A stretch of DNA of 64,000 bases from Octopus sinensis. Taxonomy: Eukaryota. The stretch is taken from positions 26,040,001-26,104,000 of the forward strand of contig NC_043013.1 of assembly GCF_006345805.1 (NCBI RefSeq), written 5' to 3'. A program made the position numbers and the translations under genes. This document shows positions 53,658 through 64,000 of the stretch, piece after piece. The notes beneath the pieces were generated by a model, which was given only the letters and a program-made list of their open reading frames with translations, was not told the DNA's origin and did not search any database. Numbering within the stretch: the stretch's first letter is position 1; the number at the start of each line of letters is the position of its first letter.

Positions 53658-54093
53658 TTTTGGAGCAAAGAAAAAAGAAAACCCTTAGATCATATGGAGA
53701 ACATTTGTACTCATTTGCCTGGGATCCCTGTTCTCGATTATGGTTGATACATCAAACTAAACTCAAGGCACATCAATGCCATTATATCACGGAAACTGTC
53801 TTGGAGTAACAGATGAAATACTGGGAGAGACTAAAAGAGCTGAAGCTGTACTCCATACAGTTTAGACAGGAAAGATATATATATATATATATTCTTTTCT
53901 TCTTTTATTTGTTTCAGTCATTTGACTGCGACCATGCTGGAGCACCGAAATTAGTTGAACAAATCGATCTCAGCACTTATTTGCTGTGAACCTAGTACTT
54001 ACTCTATTCGTCTCTTGCCAAACAGCTAAGTTACAGGGATGTAAACACACCAACAGTGGTTGTCAAGCAATGGTAGCGGAGACAAACGCACAT

Positions 54094-54500
54094 AGGTGCA
54101 GGAGTGGCTATGTGGTAAGTAGCTTGCTTACCACATGATTCCGGGTTCAGTCCTACTGCGTGGCATCTTGGGCAAGTGTCTTCTACTATAGCCTCAGGCC
54201 GACCAAAGCCTTGTGAGTAGATTTGGTAGACGGAAACTGAAGGAAGCCCGTCGTATATATGTATATATATATGTGTGTATGTTTGTGTGTCTGCGTTTGT
54301 CCCCCTAGCATTGCTCGACAACCGATGCTGGTGTGTTTACATCGCCATCACTTAGCTGTTCGGCAAAAGAGACCAATAGAATAAGTACTGGGCTTACAAA
54401 GAATAAGTCCCAGGGTCGATTTGCTTGACTAAAGGCAGTGCTCCAGCATGGCCGTAGTCAAATGACTGAAACAAGTAAAAGAGTAAAAGAGAGTAAAAGA
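54094..54500 (+). mobile_element. full-length SINE (head aggYgcaggagtggct..., internal microsatellite, gagtaaaa tail) nested in an opposite-strand copy of the same family
   Basis: The host copy is split into 53893-54090 (tail half) and 54561-54720 (head half), both on the minus strand. Confidence 0.85.
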
Positions 54501-54517
54501 GATATATACAAACACAA

Positions 54518-54558
<41 letters not shown>

Positions 54559-56289
54559 ATGGGCTTTTTTCAGTTTCCGTCTACCAAATCCACTCACAAG
54601 ACTTTGGTCAGCCCAAAGCTGTAGTAGAAGACACTTGCCCAAGGTGCCATGCAGTGGGGTTGAACTTGGAACCATGTTGTTGTGAAGCAAACTTCCTATC
54701 ACACAGCCATGCATGCACCTATATGCGGAAGATTTTGAAGGATGTCACTGCATAGTACCATAGATCCTATTCTTACTCAATACTGTTACAGCTTAGGATT
54801 CAAAGGCCCACAGCTTTTCTGCTCTTTGCCAAAAAAATATCAGAGGTCTACAAGATTTAGATGCAAATGTGTCCATAGAACATTTAAATAAAATTTTGCC
54901 TGGGAAACAGATGTGCCCACAATTGAACAAGAGACACAAATAAAGGCAGCCTTGTTCCACACTCTGCTTCAATAGAACCAAACCCAGAGAGAGCACTGGG
55001 AAAAGGAGTTAATATAAACTAGCAATAACACTAACAGAGGTGATTCAGCATGGTCACAGCCTCAGGATGAAAGCTATAAAAGTAATGGTTTTGCATATTC
55101 TAGCAATATACTTGCCAGGTAAGTTACCTGAGATGCAATGGAACCATGTCAGTGACCATGTTACAGTTATGCATTTGAAGAAGCCAACCAACCAATTCAA
55201 TGATTTTACTAAGATATGGAGTACAGGAAGTACCTGTGCAGATGAATCATTTTCAGTGGGTGTAGCCTGCACTGCACTACTCCACCCAAGAAGTCTTTCG
55301 CCAGTGTAACATGAAAATTGGCAAAACCAGGAACTTCCAAGGCCTCAGGTTTTATTTCAGAGATTTCCTTCTTCTAGGTAGATTACCAACCAAGGTTAAA
55401 CAGCTTCTACCTGCCCATAAGGTAAGCTATTCCATTCCAGACATTCAAACACTCTATAAAGTGATCAAATATCACTCTGGTGACCAATGCGGAGTAGCTC
55501 ATTCATTCATTCATTCATTCATTCATTCATACATACATACATACATACATACATACATACATACATACATACATACACACATACATACATATATACATAC
55601 ATACATACATACATACATTTATGCCATATTATATATGTAGTGGACTTCATTTAGGCATAGAATAGATTAAAACCTGAATCAGCAAATTTCTCGTAATATT
55701 TCAACAACACTTTTCTCACAGAGAAACAATAGTAACAGCAGTTACATTTAACATATAGCTTTACTAAGCCAATTTATGTCTTTGCAACTTGACCCTTCTA
55801 ACCTCTTGTCTGCGGTAGAGAAGTGAACTGAGATAACAATGGACTTCACAAAATATCCATTGTTTTCCTTGCTTCTTGCAGCCTTCAGTATTGAAAGAGA
55901 CAGAATGGGTGACGTGTGGAAGAGGAATTGAGACTTTATCTCTGGACACGGGTTGGTTAGTTTTCTTAACTACCACCTGTCCAGAAACATCAGTCTGGAG
56001 AAAAGGTGCCTACCTCAAAGAACGTTTGAGAAAAGATGGACAAATGTCATAAGGGAGTTGAGAGTGAATGGGGCCGCACTAGTGTAGCCAGTCTGAATGG
56101 AAAAGAAGGAAAAAAACGGAAAAAATAAAGAAACTTTTCCACATTATTACACACCCCTGCCTGTCAAGGCATGGCATTATGTTAAGTAACGATAAATGAT
56201 AATCACTGATCACTGTTCTTCTGTCATCTTGCACACCTGCAACATCTACACCCATTACAACTGGCTACCAACGCCTAAATCATACCATT

Positions 56290-56640
56290 ACAAAAGGTAA
56301 CTTCTGAACCATTATTGTGGCTGATACCTTGACTGGCTCCCGTGCCAGTGGTACATATAAAGTACCATCCATTATTGTGGCTGATACCTTGCTGGCTCCC
56401 GTGCCAGTGGTACATATAAAGTACCATCCAATCATGGTCGATGCCAGCTCCTCTGGCCTCTGTGCTGGAGGAAAGTAAAAAACACCCACTACACTCTCGG
56501 AGTGGTTGGCGTTAGGAAGGGCATCTAGCTGTAGAAATACTGCCTGGTCAGATTGGAGCCTGGTGCAGCCTCCTGGCTCCCCAAACCCCAGTTGAACCGT
56601 CTAACCCTTGCCAGCATGGAAAACGGACGTTAAACGATTT
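56290..56640 (+). mobile_element. RTE 3' UTR fragment with a 60-bp tandem duplication (56309-56430)
   Basis: Two near-identical ccattattgtggctgatacc... units, followed by the shared RTE/SINE tail. Confidence 0.7.
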
Positions 56641-57255
56641 TGTGACTTAAATACATATACTACGCACACACACGCACAAACACACACACACACATATACT
56701 GTTGTGTCTGGGGAGAGTCATTATCTTTTAGTGCCTTAGAATTTAACACACTCACCGTTAAAATTTCCACTTATTTCTTTTTTGATTTTCTAAAATTTTC
56801 TTTGCGTCTTGCAAGAAAAATAAAAAGGAAATAAATGGAAATTTTACCGGTGAGTGTTAAATTACAAGGCACTAAAAGAGAATGACTTTCTCCAGACACA
56901 ACTGAATATGCTTCAATACACGAACTCACATAAAGAATCTTGTAAACCAAATCCAAAAATGAAAAATATATGCATATATACATGCATATATGCACGTATA
57001 TGTACATATATATGTACATATACATACATATATGTACACACCTATATATATATGTATACATACATATATGGGTACAGGACATAAAAAAAAACGTAGGCAA
57101 AATGAGAAACGAGGACATAAAAAACAAAAACATAGAAAACGAACTTTTTTTCAAACAACGAAAGAAACAAATAGAGAAACGAGATAGGCAACATAAAGAA
57201 CACTCTCTTCATCAGTTGTCCACTGTTTTATCTACTCCGCGTTTCGAACGTAGGC

Positions 57256-57325
<70 letters not shown>

Positions 57326-57402
57326 TATATATACACTAAATTACGATGAAAGTAAACAAACAAATGAAGTTTGCTTTAGAAGCGTTGAGATGTCTTAGAA
57401 TG

Positions 57403-57550
57403 TTAAAGAAGTGATTTTTAAATTCTCAAACGCAGGATAATGCTAATAATATAGCCTGAATAGGATAAATTATCCCTAATTTGCAGATCCTGTTCAGGCT
57501 ATATTATTAGAACTATCCTGCATTTGAGAATCTAAAAATCATTTCTTTAA
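57403..57550. repeat. 148-bp imperfect palindrome (64-bp arms, 20-nt loop)
   Basis: Arms at 57403-57466 and 57487-57550. TTAA at both ends. Confidence 0.9.
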
Positions 57551-57805
57551 TATATATATAAATATATAATACACACACACAGACACACACACGTAGAAAT
57601 TGTTAAAATAATATTTCAGTACCGGTTCCGGTCATTGTGACTTTTTCAACTGTAAGTATGGAAAACAATTAAATGAATATCTTTTAAAAGAATATTTGCA
57701 TAGTATTCAAATACAATGGACATTTTCCGTGTTTCTGCCTGTCTCTGTATCGTTTGTTGACTCTTGTGGGTTCGAGGTCGTTGTGAATTCTTGGCGGAGA
57801 AGAAA

Positions 57806-57862
57806 GAAGAAGAAGAAGAAGAAGAAGAAGAAGAAGAAGAAGAAGAAGAAGAAGAAGAAGAA
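57806..57862. repeat. (GAA)19 microsatellite
   Basis: Direct reading. Confidence 0.95.
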
Positions 57863-57894
57863 TAGAAGCTACTTTATATATATATGTATATATA

Positions 57895-59521
57895 CAGTTG
57901 CGGCCAAAGTTTTCAGAACGGCATTGTTTTCGTCAGAAAAGTAGGTATAAGTTTTTATCAAAGTTGTTTTATATTCTAAAAGTTTCACAGACAATAAATA
58001 CGATATAATTTGTTACTGCCTGAGATTTTGGTGTAATTTGAGAGGATAATACAAAAGTTATGGATGATTTAGTGATTTACTGCAAAACCCATGGCGGCCA
58101 AAATGATCAGAACGGTTGCTTTTACTCCGTGTTTTAGTATATTTAACCGGCAATCTCTAATGTTTTGAATTTGCTTACGTGACGGTTCGTTTACTAAACA
58201 TTAGTAAGAATATTTGCAGTGTACTTTGTTAATATAATGCCTCTTACTCCGTTACCAATTCGTCAGCAGATTATTAAGCTTCGAAGGAAGGATAATTTAA
58301 GTATTGGATCTATTGCAAAGATTGTTAACAAGTCAGAAAGTGTTGTACACGGTATTCTTAAGGTCTACGATGATTGTGGTTCGTGTGAAGCAAGAAAGTT
58401 TACAGGTAGGCCAAGAAAAACGACCAAGAGAGAATATCGTGCTATGGTAAAGTTGGTTAAAAAGGACAGATTTAAAACTGCTGCTGGTGTTTCTCGGAAA
58501 ATGAGCATTGTATTGAAGAAAACTTTATCTCGAAAAACTGTGTCTCGTCGTTTAGTTGAACATGACCTACAAGCAAGAGCACCTGCAGTGAAGCCACTGA
58601 TCAGCTCCAAAAATAAAAAGTGTCGTCTTACCTTTGCAACCGAACATGTGTTGTGGTCTCAAGAAAAATGGCAAACGGTGCATTTCAGTGATGAATCTAA
58701 GTTTATGTTATTTGGCTCAGATGGGAAAAGGTACGTTCGTAGAAAAGTAGGTGAAAAATTGTCGCCTAAATGCCTTAAGACTAGTGTTAAATTCGGTGGA
58801 GGAAGTGTCATGGTTTGGGGGATGATATCTGGAGATGGTGTGGGCCCTTTGGTGCGATTACATGGAAATGTAAATGCAGGAGTGTATAAACAACTTGTAA
58901 AAGATCATGTCTTGCCTGTGCTGAGAAATTCAACTAAGCGACCACCCATATTCATGCAGGACAATGCCCCATGTCACAAGGCTAAGGTGGTCATGAACTT
59001 CCTCAAGGCTGAAAAGGTTACTGTTATGGATTGGCCTGCTCAAAGCCCAGATCTCAATCCTATTGAAAATGTATGGAATATTCTAGGAAAACGTTCGAAA
59101 GCCAGAAATCCTAAAACAACTGAGCAATTATGGAATGCCCTTCAGGAAGAATGGAATAAGATCACCCCGCAAGAAATTGAAAATTTAATTTCCTCACGCA
59201 GTCGAAGATGTCAGATTGTGATTGAAGCTAAAGGGCTTCACACTAAATATTAAATAATTCCAGTATTCTCTGTCATTTTTGATTATTTTGTTATTTTTTC
59301 AACCGTTCTGATCATTTTGGCCGCCATGGGTTTTGCAGTAAATCACTAAATCATCCATAATTTTTGTATTATCCTCTCAAAGTACACCAAAATCTCAGAC
59401 AATAACAATTAATATTGTATTTATTGTCTGTGAAAATTATAGAATATAAAACTACTTTGATAAAAACTTATACTTACTTTTCTGACGAAAACAATGCCGT
59501 TCTGAACATTTTGGCCGCAAC

Positions 59522-59523
<2 letters not shown>
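57895..59523 (+). mobile_element. Tc1-family DNA transposon, IR/DR type, full length (about 1.63 kb)
   Basis: 224-bp TIRs at 57895-58118 and 59300-59523. It begins CAGTTGCGGCCAAA, with TA on both sides. An inner direct repeat (ggccaaa...cagaacgg) sits at both ends of each TIR. Confidence 0.96.
58237..59253 (+). CDS. Tc1 DD34E transposase, 338 aa from the ATG at 58237
   Basis: Uninterrupted ORF with GRPRK, VHFSDESKF, FGGGSVMVWG, FMQDNAPCH and WPAQSPDLNPIENVW. There are 34 residues between the second D and the E. Confidence 0.95.
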   Translation: MPLTPLPIRQQIIKLRRKDNLSIGSIAKIVNKSESVVHGILKVYDDCGSCEARKFTGRPRKTTKREYRAMVKLVKKDRFKTAAGVSRKMSIVLKKTLSRKTVSRRLVEHDLQARAPAVKPLISSKNKKCRLTFATEHVLWSQEKWQTVHFSDESKFMLFGSDGKRYVRRKVGEKLSPKCLKTSVKFGGGSVMVWGMISGDGVGPLVRLHGNVNAGVYKQLVKDHVLPVLRNSTKRPPIFMQDNAPCHKAKVVMNFLKAEKVTVMDWPAQSPDLNPIENVWNILGKRSKARNPKTTEQLWNALQEEWNKITPQEIENLISSRSRRCQIVIEAKGLHTKY

Positions 59524-59559
<36 letters not shown>

Positions 59560-59598
59560 ATATCCATCCATACACACATACATGCATGTATGTATGTA

Positions 59599-59630
<32 letters not shown>

Positions 59631-59654
59631 CAAGTGTGTATATACATATATATT

Positions 59655-59690
<36 letters not shown>

Positions 59691-59713
59691 ATACAAGTGT
59701 GTATATACATATA

Positions 59714-59751
<38 letters not shown>

Positions 59752-59769
59752 AGTGTGTATATACATATA

Positions 59770-59807
<38 letters not shown>

Positions 59808-59821
59808 AGTGTGTATATACA

Positions 59822-59894
<73 letters not shown>

Positions 59895-59925
59895 ATCCAT
59901 ACATGCATGTATGTATGCATGTGTG

Positions 59926-59988
<63 letters not shown>

Positions 59989-60445
59989 TGTGTGTGTGTG
60001 TATATACATATATATTTATATGTGTATATATATATACATATAGTGTAATAAATAAAATATATGCATACATACAAACATATATGTACGTACCGACATCTAC
60101 ATGTATATATGCATGCATATATAAATATATATACGTTCAGGACATCACAGGAAGACGAAAAAATCAACAGAACGAAAACGGAAACGACATTTTGTTACAA
60201 CAGAAGGACAGAGACGTGGAACAAGACGAAACGAAAACGAAAACGGGAAAAACAATTATGTGCAGCAGAAAAACGAAGTACAGGACATGCTGCACAAGGA
60301 AAAATCCCCTTCATCAGCTGTCGCTAGCAGACACGTGTTTCGAATCCATCCATCCATACGTGCATGTATGTATGTGTGTGTGTGTATATATACATATATA
60401 TATATATATTATATATATATACAAGTGTGTATATACATATATATT

Positions 60446-60525
<80 letters not shown>

Positions 60526-60550
60526 ATATATATATAATATATATATATAT
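59524..60550. repeat. compound (TA)n/(TG)n/(TATG)n microsatellite field
   Basis: Includes a recurring acaagtgtgtatatacatatatattt motif. It is the source of the long IY-repeat ORFs. Confidence 0.9.
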
Positions 60551-60559
60551 AAACAAGGA

Positions 60560-63200
60560 GAGAAATAGGGACACATGTTGGAACAAAACGTACAGGAGAA
60601 ACCCAAAGTGATTAACTTATCAAGGAAAACTCTGTCTATAACAAAAATCAATATACTATGCAAAAGGTTTAAAATTCACTCCAACCCCACCAACAGCTAA
60701 CCATAATGAAATTAAAGACAATATCTCGGAATTCTGCAGAAAACTACGACTCGCAGAAGCACTAACTGACTACGACAACGAAGATGAATCACTAGTCAAA
60801 AACAGAAATAATTACCTTCCACATAAGGGTAGGAATAAAACACTGGATGACGTCTGCAACCATATCCAAAATTTCCCCCACACATCCAATAAACGAAAAA
60901 TTAATCCGAACCTCAACAATCTAGAATGGAAAAATCTAACTGAACTACAAAACGACAAAGACCTGACAATTAAAGAAGCAAACAAAGGAAGTGCTGTAGT
61001 TCTGATGGACACAGAACACTATAAAAAACTAGTACTATTCATACTAGAAAATGAGGCCTTCTACGAAAAAGTTATAAACTATAAACAACAAAAAACAATG
61101 AAAAATCTTGCATCCTTAATTCTTCTACATGGAAAAGGTCTGACAGAAAAAGAAACAGACTACATCACGAACTTCAAATGTAAACCCAGTCTTTTTTATG
61201 GCCTTCCTAAAATACCCAAGAGCAAGATAATCAATGAAGCCTGCAAACAATCACCAGGCAAATTTATAAATATCCATACGCCAGAAGACTTAACTTTAAG
61301 ACCCATTGTAGCTGGGCCAGCCTGTGAAACCCACCGCCTAAGCAATTTTCTAGACATTCTACTGAAACCCTTGCTTAAATACATCAAAAGTTTCATTAGA
61401 GATGATTTAGACATGCTAGAACACCTACCAAAAACAATTAATGAAGAGGCAATATTGGTTACCCTCGATGTTATCAATCTTTACACCAACATCCCCCATG
61501 AGTATGGAATAAAAGCAATTAAATTCATGTTGGAAAAGTAGCCCGAAGTACTCCCGGAACGCATAAACCAGATTTATACTTCAGAACAATTATTTCCTAT
61601 TTGATGACACATACTATCGTCAGAAATACGGATTTGCGATGGGAACGAAAGCAGCTCCCGTTCTTGCGAACCTGGTAATGGGTTATTTTGGATTCACCTT
61701 ATATGAAGTTTCACTTCAGAAATATGGTTACCCATTTTACCTCTACATAAGAGAAAATTGGAAGATGACTGCTTTGTCATTTGGAAGGAGAATATCGACA
61801 AACTTTTGGACTTCAAATCAACACCAAATGATATAAATAGTAACATTCAATTCACAATGGAATACAACAAAGAACAACTCCCATTTTTAGACATCATCAT
61901 AAAAAAGTTAACAATGAAATCATAACTGACATTTATTTATAAACCAACTGATTCAAAACAATATCTTCTCTTTAACTCATGCCACCCGAAACACATCAAA
62001 ATAAATACCCCTTTCAATTTGGCAAAAAGGATTTGCACAATAGTGTCTGATAGAACGACTCGGGACTTTCGTCTTCAAGACCTCAAAACAACGCTTACTG
62101 AAAGACAATACACACCCTCACTTATCGACGAAGGAATTAAACGTGCCAAACAATTAGACACAAAAACTCTAAGAACAACAAAACATAACACCACACCTCT
62201 ACTCAAAACGTTACTATTTATATCAACACACAACCCAGAAACAGTGAGGCATTCAACACTATTGTGCAAACTCTTCCTTTACTAACTAGAGATCCAAAAA
62301 TGAACAACATCCTGAAAACACACAAACTCATCAAATGCAAAAAACAAGACAAATCGTTAAAGAGACTACGAACAAATGCGAAACTTTACAAAACAACCAC
62401 GAAAGCAACGGTTGAAAAATGTGGACACCCAAACTGTGGAACCTGCTCCAATGTACTTGAAGGCTCGGATTTCCTTTTCAAACAACGACAGAGGTTCACA
62501 ATTAAAACTAGTTTCACTTGTGCCTCTGAGAACCTAATTTATGTAATAACCTGCTCGGGTTGCAGACACAACTATATTGGACAAACGAGTATGGCTTTGA
62601 GAAAGAGAACTACACTACATAAAGAGCAAATCAGTTTCCCACAGTACAGGGAAATTCCTCTCAGTGAACATATAGAAAAATATGCAGATAACATCAAACC
62701 AAATTTCACAGTCTTCCCCTTCTACCAGTGCAAAGATACAGTTTCTCCACAAGAACGTTTAAATAAAGAAACTTTTTGCATTGAAAAATATAGAATACAT
62801 CTTAATATGCACACATAACCAACTTTTAGCTTTTTACATATTCCAATTCACGATTACATCACTGTACATAAATCCCCTCACTAAACAAGGTTTTCGAAAC
62901 TTGTCTTTGTCTGTACATATATATCCCCACTCCTATTACCGAAAGCTGAACAGTTATCTCCCTTACCCACAACAATAACAATAATAACGATGATCAATTA
63001 CCTCCCTTTATTTATCTACTTGTGAAGTCATTCACTCGTGAATTTCATCACACACAACTTGGGACAAAATTTCTTCTTAAGAAAAAATACATATTCAAAT
63101 AAGTAAAACAATATTATGAATAGCGACAGCGAAACTGGTCGATATATTAAAAATTATATTAAAACTATGTAAGTGTGCGTATTTTCCTTTTTTAATTTCT
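60560..63200 (+). mobile_element. Penelope-like retroelement (RT + GIY-YIG endonuclease), decayed
   Basis: N-terminal [10 protein letters not shown] motifs LRPIVAG, LVTLDVINLYTNIPH and AMGTKAAPVLANLVMG. Endonuclease ENLIYVITCSGCRHNYIGQT. There is an in-frame TAG at 61539-61541 and several frameshifts. Boundaries are approximate. Confidence 0.9.
63110..63148 (+). ncRNA. degenerate minimal hammerhead ribozyme motif at the 3' end of the Penelope-like element
   Basis: aatat-tatga-ata-GC gaca GC-GAAAC-TG-GTC-gatatatt. GAAAC, a GUC triplet and stem I complementarity are retained; the CUG of the core is lost. Confidence 0.5.
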
Positions 63201-64000
63201 TATATATATATATATATATATCCTAATTTGTATGATTAGTATAGAGGTATATATTAATCGATGAAATTCTAAGTTTGATTTTCATGTTTTATTTAGCTGG
63301 GGTGCTGCAATTTCCAGAAGAAACTTTCAAGCCATGTAAACTTGCTATGTTTAAGGACAAATTGTTTTGAATCATTCAAGCCAAAATGGTATGAGTAGAT
63401 TAAATACCGGTTGTTGCTGCAACGACTCTCAAAGGATCTAGATAAAATTCGTTTGGGAATCTTGCATTTGAAGTTAGACGAAACACTCATCAGTAATGAA
63501 ATTTTGGTTTTGGCTGCTATTTTACATGGACAAAAACTTTAGTGGGTAGAAAGCGTTGGTCTCAATGCTATCAGTATATCAACATTGCAGACCAAAATGA
63601 TGAGGGTGTAAGAAGTAAAGATCATGTTGGCAGCTTTTTACCCTTTTGATGTTTAGTCTATTCTCACTGTAACGTGGTGTTTGTTTGCATCCATTTCATA
63701 TCCATTGTTATGTTGGAAGGTTTATTTCCCTGAGACTGATAAAAATATGATGATGAAAATTCTGTACTAATGTGTATCACTCTCTCTTGTAAAAAAACTT
63801 GGTTAACTTGACAAAAAAAATAACCTTTTATTTCACCAGACATTGAATGACAGTCAATTGGTTTTAGTAATGATCAGAAATGAAAAACCTTAAGTCTAGA
63901 GAATTCAAATTATCATTTGTGAGATTTACGAACATTAGTTTAATTACCACAGGATTTTTCTTGATCTCGGGTTTACCATTGTCGTGAGATAGTGTTGTAG

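Noticed and set aside
59415-60611. 398-aa ORF and the many other IY/CV/HT/YVCM/poly-I/poly-N ORFs in the track
   Set aside because: They are translations of (TA)n, (CA)n, (TACA)n and (ATT)n microsatellites, which lack stops in some frames.

Overview
AT-rich, microsatellite-dense eukaryotic genomic DNA. The SINE/LINE families present suggest an octopus (cephalopod) genome; this is an inference. The only host gene is the 3' part of a + strand SLC6 (neurotransmitter:sodium symporter) gene of the B0AT/SIT1/NTT4-like amino-acid transporter type. Its exons are 7857-8098, 12440-12590, [19125-19332 OR 19463-19670], 25213-25372, 27149-27311 and 32579-32872 (stop): 1218 nt, 405 aa from TM6 to the C-terminus. 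TM1-TM5 must lie upstream of the window. The main finding is a tandemly duplicated 208-nt exon (EL4b-TM8-IL4) with identical splice phases. The two copies can only be used one at a time, so they are mutually exclusive exons, and they are flanked by several RNA-hairpin-forming elements. The rest of the window is mobile DNA: an IR/DR-type Tc1 transposon with an intact DD34E transposase ORF (57895-59523), a decayed Penelope-like retroelement (RT plus GIY-YIG), several hammerhead-ribozyme-like motifs of Penelope type, RTE and CR1-type LINE fragments, many tRNA-derived SINEs, and hAT, piggyBac, Tc1/mariner and Merlin-like MITEs. Almost all ORFs in the supplied track are microsatellite artefacts. 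All alignments, pairings and counts were done by eye.
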